The notes beneath the pieces were generated by a model. It ran no database searches and had not been told where the DNA came from. It saw only the letters and a list, made by a program, of their open reading frames with translations. Made by a program: the position numbers and the translations under genes. A stretch of 63,756 nucleotides of DNA, filler included, from Nemertoderma westbladi (Eukaryota; Animalia; Xenacoelomorpha), in NCBI GenBank assembly GCA_032718475.1. It is 3 parts of 3 records of this genome, joined end to end, with 100 filler letters (N's around TTAATTAATTAA, not from the genome) between each part and the next. Parts side by side here need not be neighbours in the genome. Positions count along the whole stretch, not along the records: positions 1 to 28,503 come from JAUCBJ010005030.1; 2 more parts are not named here. One strand, 5' to 3'. Positions 15,201 through 28,234 of the stretch are shown one piece after another; position 1 is the stretch's first letter; every line of letters starts with the position of its first letter.

Positions 15201-18200
15201 TACAACAAACCGGGGTCCGAATAGAATACACAACATATCGACACGGCTGTGTACACATACAACAAACTGGGGTCCGAATAGAATACACAACATATTGACG
15301 CGGCTGTGTACACATACAACAAACCGGGGTCCGAATAGAATACACAACATATCGACACAGCTGTGTACACATACAACAAACCAGAGTCTGAATAGAATGC
15401 ACAACCAATCGACACGGATGTGTACACATACAACAAACCGGGGTCCGAATAGAATACACAACATATCGACACGGCTGTGTACACATATAACAAACCGGGG
15501 TCCGAATAGAATACACAACACATCGACACGGCTGTGTATACATACAACAAACCGGAGTCCGAATAGAATACACAACATATCGACACGGCTGTGTACACAT
15601 ACAACAAACTGGGGTCCGAATAGAATACACAACATATTGACGCGGCTGTGTACACATACAACAAACTGGGGTCCGAATAGAATACACAACATATCGACAT
15701 GGCTGTGTACACATACAACAAACCGGGTCCGAATAGAATACACAAATATCGACACGGCTGTGTACACATACAACAAACCGGGTCCTAATAGAATACACAA
15801 ATATCGACACGGCTGTGTACACATACAACAAACCGGAGTCCGAATAGAATACACAACATATCGACACGGCTGTGTACACATACAACAAACTGGGGTCCGA
15901 ATAGAATACACAACATATTGACGCGGCTGTGTACACATACAACAAACCGGAGTCCGAATAGAATACACAACATATTGACGCGGCTGTGTACACATACAAC
16001 AAACCGGAGTCTGAATAGAATACACAACATATCGACACGGCTGTGTACACATACAACAAACCGGAGTCCGAATAGAATACACAACATATCGACACAGCTG
16101 TGTACACATACAACAAACCAGAGTCTGAATAGAATGCACAACCAATCGACATGGATGTGTACACATACAACAAACCGGGGTCCGAATAGAATACACAACA
16201 TATCGACACGGCTGTGTACACATACAACAAACTGGGGTCCGAATAGAATACACAACATATTGACGCGGCTGTGTACACATACAACAAACCGGGGTCCGAA
16301 TAGAATACACAACATATCGACACAGCTGTGTACACATACAACAAACCAGAGTCTGAATAGAATGCACAACCAATCGACACGGATGTGTACACATACAACA
16401 AACCGGGGTCCGAATAGAATACACAACATATCAACACGGCTGTGTACACATACAACAAACCGGAGTCCGAATAGAATACACAACATATTGACGCGGCTGT
16501 GTACACATACAACAAACCGGAGTCCGAATAGAATACACAACATATCGACACAGCTGTGTACACATACAACAAACCAGAGTCTGAATAGAATGCACAACCA
16601 ATCGACACGGATGTGTACACATACAACAAACCGGGGTCCGAATAGAATACACAACATATCGACACGGCTGTGTACACATACAACAAACCGGAGTCCGAAT
16701 AGAATACACAACATATTGACGCGGCTGTGTACACATACAACAAACCGGAGTCCGAATAGAATACACAACATATCGACACGGCTGTGTACACATACAACAA
16801 ACCGGAGTCCGAATAGAATACACAACATATCGACACAGCTGTGTACACATACAACAAACCAGAGTCTGAATAGAATGCACAACCAATCGACACGGATGTG
16901 TACACATACAACAAACCGGGGTCCGAATAGAATACACAACATATCGACACGGCTGTGTACACATACAACAAACTGGGGTCCGAATAGAATACACAACATA
17001 TTGACGCGGCTGTGTACACATACAACAAACCGTGGTCCGAATAGAATACACAACATATCGACACAGCTGTGTACACATACAACAAACCAGAGTCTGAATA
17101 GAATGCACAACCAATCGACACGGATGTGTACACATACAACAAACCGGGGTCCGAATAGAATACACAACATATCGACACGGCTGTGTACACATATAACAAA
17201 CCGGGGTCCGAATAGAATACACAACACATCGACACGGCTGTGTATACATACAACAAACCGGAGTCCGAATAGAATACACAACATATCGACACGGCTGTGT
17301 ACACATACAACAAACCGGGGTCCGAATAGAATACACAACACATCGACACGGCTGTGTATACATACAACAAACCGGGGTCCGAATAGAATACACAACATAT
17401 CGACACGGCTGTGTACACATATAACAAACCGGGGTCCGAATAGAATACACAACATATCGACACAGCTGTGTACACATACAACAAACCGGAGTCTGAATAG
17501 AATGCACAACCAATCGACATGGCTGTGTACACATACAACAAACCGGGGTCCGAATAGAATACACAACATATCGACACAGCTGTGTACACATACAACAAAC
17601 CGGGGGTCCGAATAGAATACACAACATATCGACACAGCTGTGTACACATACAACAAACCAGAGTCCGAATAGAATACACAACATATCGACACGGCTGTGT
17701 ACACATACAACAAACCGGGGTCTGAATAGAATGCACAACCAATCGACATGGCTGTGTACACATACAACAAACCGGGGTCCGAATAGAATACACAACATAT
17801 CGACACAGCTGTGTACACATACAACAAACCGGAGTCTGAATAGAATGCACAACCAATCGACATGGCTGTGTACACATACAACAAACCGGGGTCCGAATAG
17901 AATACACAACATATCGACACAACTGTGTACACATACAACAAACCGGAGTCCGAATAGAATACACAACATATCGACACGGCTGTGTACACATACAACAAAC
18001 CGGGGTCCAAATAGAATACACAACCAATCGACACGGCTGTGTACACATACAACAAACCGGGTCCGAATAGAATACACAACCGATCGACACGGCTGTGTAC
18101 ACATACAACAAACCGGGTCCGAATAGAATACACAACCAATCGACACGGCTGTGTACACATACAATAAACTGGGGTCCGAATAGAATACACAACCAATAGA

Positions 18201-18232
18201 CACAGCTGTTTACACATATAACAAACCGGAGG
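9290..18232. repeat. 57-bp satellite array (~157 units) in copine intron
   Basis: Unit GCTGTGTACACATACAACAAACCGGGGTCCGAATAGAATACACAACATATCGACACG; explains the 19-aa periodicity of all ORFs here. Confidence 0.97.
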
Positions 18233-18463
18233 CTGAACTGATTGCCGCAATCCGCAGCATGCAAATCATGTGGTAGATCACGTGATAGCGGTACTATAGC
18301 TTTACGAGTTGTATAAGAGTGTGACGGTGACGTGGAAAGAACCCCCCCCCCCCCCCCTGTCTAGGTCCCTGAACAGGCAGTACTCTGTTAATCTACAGAA
18401 GCTTATAAACCAAGAGGTTGATGCCATCAATGATGCTGACGACAGCAGGCAATCATCCCAGTC

Positions 18464-20033
18464 ATGTTGACACATCAACCAGAACGAACAACGGATGCAA
18501 AATTGATCGACAGCAAACAGGTTGAATCTGATATAAAAAAAAATCTGATTAAGAGTGAAGCAAGTGATATTTGGAACTTGAATGCGGAAACGTTAATACA
18601 TGCAGCTTCTCCCCAGTTTCATGCATTTATTGCTAAACTGTTCAACAAAATAAATCAAGGAGGGGTGTGTCTACAGGCATTTACATCTAACCTAATGACA
18701 CCACTACCTAAACTACGCAAGTTACAGTCATCTATTCTTCAACCAATCTCAACTCGCAACATCGCAAAGTTGTGGGAAATATCGCTTCTCAAAGAGCTTA
18801 CGCAGTTGAGGTTTCATGACCTCCAACGTGGATACCGAGAACGAATTGGATCAGAAATGGCCCCTTCAAGCTGTAAGAAGCACCGTCATCAATAAATTTT
18901 ACAGGGGAAATTCACAAATGTTTATTTTCAGTTTAGAACTATCTTCAGCATTCGATACAGTATCCTATACGAAACTATTCGATAAATTATGGCAATCTGA
19001 CACCAGTGATACAGTTATAGATGCTCTCGATATGTATTACATAAAATCGAATGCTTACTTGAAAAGTTGTGGTTACATATACAAATAAAATTGCATTGGA
19101 ACAGGGTGTCCGCCAAGGAGGAATCCTTTAACTCTTTAACTACTACATAAAAGATCTTATCGAATACATTAGTACATCTGGTCTCGGAGTACATATTGGC
19201 ACTGAGTCATAGAGCATTATTAGCTATGCTGACGATATTATCTTGTTGACGAATCTAAAATCCGATCTAGGCGCTATGATGTCTTTCATATTAGACCATT
19301 TTGAACAACACAATCTAACAATAGATTCAAAAAGTCTCATTTTTTATCAATATCTCCTGACGGTACAACAGGGGATCAAGACACATTAGAACTGGATAAC
19401 ATTTCATTTAAGCCTGAGTTGTCCTGTACCTACATGGGTCTACCACTACCAGCGCATTATCAAACAATGGAAGACCTGGTTCGTCGTGGTCTGGCAGTGG
19501 ATACAACACCGTTGAGCAACTAGCCTCGTGTGGGGGGCGGAGTGTCTCCCAAGCATAATGTATGGAGTGTCGTCATTACCTTCAAGAACTATGGAAAATT
19601 TCTGTAAGATGATCAGGAGGGCAATGCGATCAATACTACGACTGGATAACCGCCTATCAAATAGGGCTCTCTACGCTCTGTTTGTCGTTGATATCGAACT
19701 CTGTATACGGGCAAAGCAGATACGACTCATAAACCAATTATTTAACTCTGAGAACAATAAGATCACTTTTCTATTTGCAAATGCCATGTGCGACCATCGC
19801 TGAAGACATACAAAAGTTGAGCTTTTTGAATCATACAACGAAAGGTCCTGGATATATAATTTCCCCAGTCTTACTTCACTAACCATAAGCGAATATTCGG
19901 TAAAACACTGCATCAAGGCAGCATATAAATTAGCATGGACAAACCCATCACCTAAGGATAACTTCATCTTTGCTTACTGTGAGTCGCCCCTACAAGGATA
20001 GCTATAGCAGAATATCTAGAATATTTGAACTGA
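18464..20033 (+). pseudogene. Degraded non-LTR retrotransposon reverse transcriptase (RTE-X/L2-like)
   Basis: Fragments LQRGYRERIGS, LELSSAFDTV, QGVRQGGIL (~19102), IISYADDIILL (~19215) and CLPSIMYG, broken by several stops and frameshifts. Confidence 0.82.
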
Positions 20034-20040
20034 CTGACAC

Positions 20041-21718
20041 TACTACTACTAGGTCGAGCGAACTCGGACAGTGGAAATGAGATCCTTCCAGGCTTTCCGA
20101 TTCTCCATAGTTGTTGCAATTTTGTTTCTCCCAAATCCAGTATCCCTTTCAAGTTGATCTATATATGTTATCGCTGGTCGTCCACGACTACGCTTTCCAT
20201 GAGTTGGTTGCTAGAGAAGTAGATCTGGTATGACCTCGTCTTTACTTCGCCAGCAGTGCCCACTGAATTTTAATCTGCGTTCACGGAGGGTGGTTGATGC
20301 AGGTGGTATTGTACAATAAAGCTCGGCGTTTGTCATGTGTTGTCTCCAGCTGATGTTTAGGGCTGCCCTTAGTAGTCTTTTGTAGCAACCATCAATTCGT
20401 TGTTCAAGTGATTTAGTCAGTGTCCAGGTCTCACCCCCGTATAAAAATACACCTTCCACTGTGGCTCGAAAGAACGTAGTCTTCAGGTACCTGGATAGAT
20501 CTGATTTCCAGATGGTATCCATTTTTGATAGAGCTACCCAAGCCTTTGCTTTCCTAACTTATATGTCCTTTTTTATGATCCAAGGTACTGGAAGTCATCG
20601 ACCTCCCTTAGTTGATTATTATCAATGGTTGTCAAGTTTCCATCAACATTAAAGGTCATGAATTCGGTCTTGGTAGCATTTATATGCATGCAATCCAACC
20701 TCCTTAGCAGCCCTCTCCACTTTATTTAGTAGAAGCTGTGCATCTGCTAGCGTATTAGCTGGGCAGGGCGATGTCATCCGCAAAGTCGGTGTCTGTGACT
20801 GTAGTTGCCGGATATCTACTACTTCTGCGTTCTTGAAGTGTGAATCCCAGATCTTCACCCTTTGTGGCCGTCCTCATTGCGTAATTCAGCACAATTACAA
20901 AAAGTAATGGTGCTAATGTGTCACCTTGCAGTACACCAGCCAGGATTGAGAAAAACTCAGTTTCACCATCTGGTGAGAGTACCTGCGCTTCTGTGTCACA
21001 ATATAACAATCCAATGCCAGCAACAATTACTTCTGGTATTCCATAAGCTCTTAGGATTTCAATCATTTTACCTCTATGGATGGAGTCGAATGCCTTCTTG
21101 AAGTCCACAAAAGTCATGACTGCGGGGAGATTCTTTGACTTAATTCCTTCAATCAGTCTCCGTAGTGCAAGTATCTGAGCTATTGTTGATTTACTTGGTC
21201 GAAATCCATTTTGGCTCTTACGCAGTAGTTTCTCTATGTGAGGCCTAATCCTATATAGAATCATTTTATTGTATATTTTGGCAGCTACCACAAGCAGACA
21301 GATCCCACGATAGTTTGTTGGTATGCCGAGGTCTCCTTTCTTGGGGAGAGGCTTTAGTTGACCTTTAGTCCAAAATTGGTGGTGGCTTTTCCCCTTTTAA
21401 CATCCGGTTGCAAACATTCAATAATGGTCTGTTTAGCACTCCTGTTTTCCATACCTCCGCTGGGATTTCATCTAATCCACTCGCTTTATTATTGGATATG
21501 CTTTTAATGCTTCTTTGGAGTTCGGCAGGTGTGAAGTCCCCTGTTTCTATAGGTAGTGTCTTGTCATATATTTTCCTTGTAGGGCTGACCTCGATGTTTA
21601 GTGGCTGCCCAAGCAAGTTGCTGAAGTGATTTTTACACTTCCCAACACGTTATTCAGGACTATCGGCTTTGAGGCGCCCCTTTGCACAACTTTTCCGACC
21701 AGATATAATCAGACTGAC
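20041..21718 (-). mobile_element. 5'-truncated RTE-clade LINE (frameshifted RT)
   Basis: RT motifs KASGLDEIPAE, QNGFRP, FVDFKKAFDSI, GVLQGDTLAP, FADD and LYGGETW. (TAG)n tail seen as ctactactact at 20040-20050. 12-bp TSD ACTGACTGACAC at 20029-20040 and 21719-21730. Confidence 0.93.
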
Positions 21719-22466
21719 ACTGACTGACACATTACATTGTAAATACGTTTCTAATATAGTAATAACCCTTCCTTGCTGTCGATATGCATATAATATGGAA
21801 TTTATTATTGATATATATTTATTTTAAACATCGAAATCCAATTAAACCGCCTGTGGAATCCGGATTTTAACTAAATTTTCAGCTAAATAATAATTAATAC
21901 TCTAGGATAAAGACAAAAAAACATTCGAATTATAGCGATTTACGTCTCAAAATTTGCACATTAGTATTTTGATATTATCTTTGCCACTTTTTGGTTAAAT
22001 TTAAAACGGTTTTCTGATTCAGAATCTGCAGATGAAGGCGGTTCTAATGATATCCAGATTTCATTATAATTTCAAAGACGAAAAATAAAATAAGGGGGGG
22101 GGGGGACTTTCGACGCACTAAAAATTCATCCCTCTCCAGGGGAAATTCGACGCAAATAACAGCTGATTACTCTCAAAAATAAAACTGTAACCTGTTATAT
22201 TGTGTTTAGTTTATTGTTTTGGTTAAATTAACGTGCCACTGTAACCTGCTCCTTTCCCTAAATAGAGAATTTAACATTGAGGCGGGATATTAATTCGCCA
22301 AGATGGGACTTGCGTCCAGTTCCCTTTTTCATTTTGTAACATAATCGATTAATTTTAATATGTGTCTCATAACTGAGCCTCGTGCTGCGCGAAGGCCCCA
22401 CGTACGTGTTACCGTTATTTACAGTATAACTTAACTTAAACAATGATATTGTATGTTTCCGTATAG

Positions 22467-22530
22467 CGATGACTTAATTGGGTCAATTGATTGTACCCTC
22501 AATGACCTAATCCAGCTGTCTCAGTTAGAG
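22467..22530 (+). CDS. CPNE: Copine C2 domain exon
   Basis: Acceptor gtatag, donor gtaagg. The phase-2 start completes Ser, then DDLIGSIDCTLNDLIQLSQLE, the expected continuation (SxDLIG...TLxxL) of the previous exon. Confidence 0.8.
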
Positions 22531-22688
22531 GTAAGGTTGTTTGGACGCCCAACCCAGGACGTTGTTTCACTGTTTAGCTTAGAAAGACTCACACTATTGT
22601 GTATAGATTGCGTTGAATGACCTGGATATAATATATAGTCACATTATGCTGATAGACGTTGTAGAATGACCTAAATGTATCTCAATTT

Positions 22689-24110
22689 CATTGATTGACT
22701 CGCTTGTTTGGCATCTGAGACTGATTGTCTCGCTTTTTGGCATCTGAGACTGATTGACTCGCTGTTTGGCATCTGAGACTGATTGACTCGCTTATTTGGC
22801 ATCTGAGACTGATTGACTCGCTGTTTGGCATCTGAGACTGATTGACTCGCTTGTTTGGCATCTGAGACTGATTGACTCGCTTGTTTGGCATCTGAGACTG
22901 ATTGACTCGCTTGTTTGGCATCTGAGACTGATTGTCTCGCTTGTTTGGCATCTGAGACTGATTGACTCGCTGTTTGACATCTGAGACTGATTGACTCGCT
23001 GTTTGGCATCTGAGACTGATTGACTCGTTTGTTTGGCATCTGACACTGATTGACTCGCTGTTTGGTATCTGAGACTGATTGACTCGCTGTTTGACATCTG
23101 AGACTGATTGACTCGCTGTTTGGCATCTGAGACTGATTGACTCGTTTGTTTGGCATCTGACACTGATTGACTCGCTTGTTTGGCATCTGAGACTGATTTG
23201 ACTCGCTTGTTTGGCATCTGAGACTGATTGACTCGCTTGTTTGGCATCTGAGACTGATTGACTCGCTGTTTGGCATCTGAGACTGATTGACTCGCTTGTT
23301 TGGCATCTGAGACTGATTGACTCGCTTGTTTGGCATCTGAGACTGATTGACTCGCTTGTTTGGCATCTGAGACTGATTGTCTCGCTTGTTTGGCATCTGA
23401 GACTGATTGACTCGCTGTTTGGTATCTGAGACTGATTGACTCGCTTGTTTGGCATCTGAGACTGATTGACTCGCTTGTTTGGCATCTGAGACTGATTGAC
23501 TCGCTTGTTTGGCATCTGAGACTGATTGTCTCGCTTGTTTGGCATCTGAGACTGATTGACTCGCTGTTTGGCATCTGAGACTGATTGACTCGCTGTTTGG
23601 CATCTGAGACTGATTGACTCGCTTGTCATCTGAGACTGATTGACTCGCTTGTTTGGCATCTGAGACTGATTGACTCGCTTGTTTGGCATCTGAGACTGAT
23701 TGTCTCGCTTGTTTGGCATCTGAGACTGATTGACTCGCTGTTTGGCATCTGAGACTGATTGACTCGCTGTTTGGCATCTGAGACTGATTGATTCGCTGTT
23801 TGGCATCTGAGACTGATTGACTCGCTGTTTGACATCTGAGACTGATTGACTTGCTGTTTGGCATCTGAGACTGATTGACTCGCTGTTTGGCACCTGAGAC
23901 TGATTGACTCGCTGTTTGGCATCTGAGACTGATTGACTCGCTTGTTTGGCATCTGAGACTGATTGACTCGCTGTTTGGCATCTGAGACTGATTGACTCGC
24001 TGTTTGGCATCTGAGACTGATTGACTCGCTTGTTTGGCACCTGAGACTGATTGACTCGCTTGTTTGGCATCTGAAACTGATTGTCTCGCTTGTTTGGCAT
24101 CTGAGACTGA
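22689..24110. repeat. 29/30-bp minisatellite
   Basis: Unit GACTCGC(T)TGTTTGGCATCTGAGACTGATT, ~48 copies, starting ~160 bp after the copine exon. Confidence 0.96.
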
Positions 24111-24339
24111 TATCTGTTGGAAGTTTATAATCGTTAGTTACCTTGTTGCTTGTTTTCACAGACTGATTGGACAGCAGTGGATGCAAACGATTTACAATGC
24201 GAATGATAATCATTTGCAACTGCAATGCATGCGCTACCTTCATCGCCGCAATTAAAATAATTTATCCTGTTATAAAATATCACTGATATTTACAGTAAAT
24301 GTTACAGCTGTTGTAAGCTACTGTACAACTTTGTACATT

Positions 24340-25337
24340 CTTGTGTGTAAGCAATGTCGCACGCAACCGGCGTTAAGTATTGTAAGCAAGGTCGCGCGCA
24401 ACCTGCGGTAAGAATTGTAAGCAAGGTCGCGCGCAACCGGCGGTAAGAATTGTAAGCAAGGTCGCGCGCAACCGGCGGTAAGAATTGTAAGCAAGGTTGC
24501 ACGCAACCGGTGGTAAGAATTGTAAGCAAGGTTGCACGCAACCGGCGGTAAGTATTGTAAACAATGTCGCACGCAACCAGGGGTAAGTATTGTAAGCAAG
24601 GTACTAACAGGCGGTAAGTATTGTAGGCAATGTACTAACAGGCGGTAAGTATTGTAAGCAAGGTACTAACAGGCGGTAAGTATTGTAAGCAAGGTACTAA
24701 CAGACGGTAAGTATTGTAAGCAAGGTACTAACAGATGGTAAGTATTGTAGGCAAGGTACTAACAGGCGGTAAGTATTGTAAGCAAGGTACTAACAGGCGG
24801 TAAGTATTGTAAGCAATGTACTAACAGGCGGTAAGTATTGTAAGCAAGGTAGTAACAGGCGGTAAGTATTGTAAGCAAGGTACTAACAGGCGGTAAGTAT
24901 TGTAAGCAAGGTACTAACAGATGGTAAGTATTGTAAGCAAGGTCGCACGCAACCGGCGGTAAGTATTGTAAGCAAGGTACTAACAGGCGGTAAGTATTGT
25001 AAGCAAGGTACTAACAGGCGGTAAGTATTGCAAGCAAGGTACTAACAGGCGGTAAGTAATGTAAGCAAGGTTCTAACAGGCGGTAAGTGTTGTAAGCAAG
25101 GTACTAACAGGCGGTAAGTAATGTAAGCAAGGTACTAACAGGCGGTAAGTAGCAAGGTACTAACATGCGGTAAGTATTGTAAGCAAGGTCGCACGCAACA
25201 GGCGGTAAGTAATGTAAGCAAGGTACTAACAGGCGGTAAGTAATGTAAGCAAGGTACTAACAGGCGGTAAGTAATGTAAGCAAGGTACTAACAGGCGGTA
25301 AGTAATGTAAGCAAGGTACTAACAGATGGTAAGTAAT
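24340..25337. repeat. Composite 35-bp / 31-bp minisatellite
   Basis: 35-bp unit GTAAGAATTGTAAGCAAGGTCGCGCGCAACCGGCG (to ~24600) switches to 31-bp unit GTAAGTATTGTAAGCAAGGTACTAACAGGCG. Confidence 0.95.
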
Positions 25338-26880
25338 GTTGTAATGTGCGCTCTTCGAGAAGTTACATGAATGAAAGTAATGAGTGAATGCAATATAGCC
25401 ACGGGGATCTAGAGACTGTAGGCCTACTTAGCAACAAGTATGTATGTACATGTAGGCCTCGTTTTATTAAAAAATTGTTTGTCAAATGAATGCAGATGAA
25501 AACTGCATATGGAACTATTTTTATGAAGCATACTTCTAATAAGTTTGTTTGATGAATAATGGCGCTAAAGTAAATGCCAAGATTTCTATTTCCCTGTAAT
25601 TCTACTCCTAGTCTTGTAGAGTATAAAATTATTCTTTAACTGGTAATAATTCTGTTCCCATTTGTTTGATATCATTTCATTTATGACTTTCACTCGTTTC
25701 GTATTCAATCTGTTATGCATTTCGTTTAGGAACATTGACATAGAGGATCCGTATTATTATACTTATTATAATCGGTCGATGCTAAATCCACCATTATGAA
25801 TTGCATGTTAATTTATCTTAAACTTTAAAAAAATTTATCTGTGGCGTAGTGAAAAAATTGTGACAGAACTGCCACTAGTTGTTTTTCTACCTATAATAAC
25901 CTAAATTTAGTAACTAAATTATGGGTATACTATAGTATATACTATGGCAGACAAAAATAATGTGAAATTGAACATATATTTACTGATATATTGACATAAT
26001 ACAAGACAAACGAAAGGTTAAGTAGGGGAGAATCAAGGCCTCCTAAGCTGTTTAGTTTAGGAGGCCTTATTGGGGAGAATAAGGATAGAAATAGTGATGT
26101 TCCAGAATAATTTAATTAACTGTACAATAAGCTGTTATTAAATTGGAATGGAATAAAATTAACACTGATTTGTCGCACATGAATTGCTATATTAGTCCAG
26201 TCAATGTAGCGAAAAAGTGTGGGTAGCCCAAAACTAATTCACAATCACATTCAAAGTTGGCTATCGCTAAAATTGAGAATTATCACCACTTGCGCCAAAT
26301 GGTAGGTTCTGTCCATGTGCCCGTGGCACTAGTTCCCTTGATCCAAAAATTAAAATGTTGGTATCTAACTAAGTTTGGACCCATTTGATGACATGATGCA
26401 TGTAGGAAGTTCTTTCTTGAGTCATTGATCTACCATTAATGTGTTATGTTGGGATCCGTGAAGATATAGACGAAATTTGAAGAAATTTTTTTTGCCTTAT
26501 TTTTTACCATTTGGCAACTTTTGCACACCGGTAGAAGAACGAAATCGAAAAAAAATAAAAAACGCACCACCCTATTATACAGCTGAACAACATTTCACTA
26601 CTTATTATTGTCAATTGGCGTTACGTATAATATTAATTTATCGTTAATTATTGTTCTATCTCTATTCAGTCAGTTAGTGTAATGTTAAGCAGTACAATAT
26701 CATTTATATATCGTATGTATAGGGCCTAATTGTCATCGTTATAATACTGTCATCAACTCAGGCTAAGCTCAATTATAATTAGTAGGTTTTGTCAAAAATC
26801 AAATCAAATTGGTTTTTATTGTTCCTTTCCATATAGTTTTACAAAACTGCACATATTGATGAAGGTGATATTAGGGAAAG

Positions 26881-28234
26881 GGAGAACAGGGCAGCGACTA
26901 ATAGCAGAGCTAGTGGTTGTCGGAGAACAGGGCAGCGACTAATAGCAGAGCTAGTGGTTGTCGGAGAACAGGGCAGCGACTAATAGCAGAGCTAGTGGTT
27001 GTCGGAGAACAGGGCAGCGACTAATAGCAGAGCTAGTGGTTGTCGGAGAACAGGGCAGCGACTAATAGCAGAGCTAGTGGTTGTCGGAGAACAGGGCAGC
27101 GACTAATAGCAGAGCTAGTGGTTGTCGGAGAACAGGGCAGCGACTAATAGCAGAGCTAGTGGTTGTCGGAGAACAGGGCAGCGAGTAATAGCAGAGCTAG
27201 TGGTTGTCGGAGAACAGGGCAGCGACTAATAGCAGAGCTAGTGGTTGTCGGAGAACAGGGCAGCGACTAATAGCAGAGCTAGTGGTTGTCGGAGAACAGG
27301 GCAGCGACTAATAGCAGAGCTAGTGGTTGTCGGAGAACAGGGCAGCGACTAATAGCAGAGCTAGTGGTTGTCGGAGAACAGGGCAGCGACTAATAGCAGA
27401 GCTAGTGGTTGTCGGAGAACAGGGCAGCGACTAATAGCAGAGCTAGTGGTTGTCGGAGAACAGGGCAGCGACTAATAGCAGAGCTAGTGGTTGTCGGAGA
27501 ACAGGGCAGCGAGTAATAGCAGAGCTAGTGGTTGTCGGAGAACAGGGCAGCGACTAATAGCAGAGCTAGTGGTTGTCGGAGAACAGGGCAGCGACTAATA
27601 GCAGAGCTAGTGGTTGTCGGAGAACAGGGCAGCGACTAATAGCAGAGCTAGTGGTTGTCGGAGAACAGGGCAGCGACTAATAGCAGAGCTAGTGGTTGTC
27701 GGAGAACAGGGCAGCGACTAATAGCAGAGCTAGTGGTTGTCAGAGAACAGGGCAGCGACTAATAGCAGAGCTAGTGGTTGTCGGAGAACAGGGCAGCGAC
27801 TAATATCAGAGCTAGTGGTTGTCGGAGAACAGGGCAGCGACTAATAGCAGAGCTAGTGGTTGTCGGAGAATAGGGCAGCGACTAATAGCAGAGCTAGTGG
27901 TTGTCGGAGAACAGGGCAGCGACTAATAGCAGAGCTAGTGGTTGTCGGAGAACAGGGCAGCGACTAATAGCAGAGCTAGTGGTTGTCGGAGAACAGGGCA
28001 GCGACTAATAGCAGAGCTAGTGGTTGTCGGAGAACAGGGCAGCGACTAATAGCAGAGCTAGTGGTTGTCGGAGAACAGGGCAGCGACTAATAGCAGAGCT
28101 AGTGGTTGTCGGAGAACAGGGCAGCGACTAATAGCAGAGCTAGTGCGTTGTCAGAGAACAGGGCAGCGACTAATAGCAGAGCTAGTGGTTGTCGGAGAAC
28201 AGGGCAGCGACTAATAGCAGAGCTAGTGGTTGTC
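26881..28234. repeat. 41-bp highly homogeneous minisatellite (~33 units)
   Basis: Unit GGAGAACAGGGCAGCGACTAATAGCAGAGCTAGTGGTTGTC with very few variants. Confidence 0.97.

Noticed and set aside
9185-18264. Giant ORFs up to 2992 aa as real genes
   Set aside because: They are translations of the 57-bp satellite, open in several frames at once with frame-swapping indels, inside a copine intron.
22671-24599. Repetitive 67-470 aa minus-strand ORFs
   Set aside because: Products of the 29/30-bp and 35-bp tandem repeats; mixed unit lengths shift frame arbitrarily.
1995-28234. CRISPR arrays (29-57 bp partly palindromic repeats)
   Set aside because: Units are head-to-tail without unique spacers, there are no cas genes, and the context is a spliceosomal eukaryotic gene.
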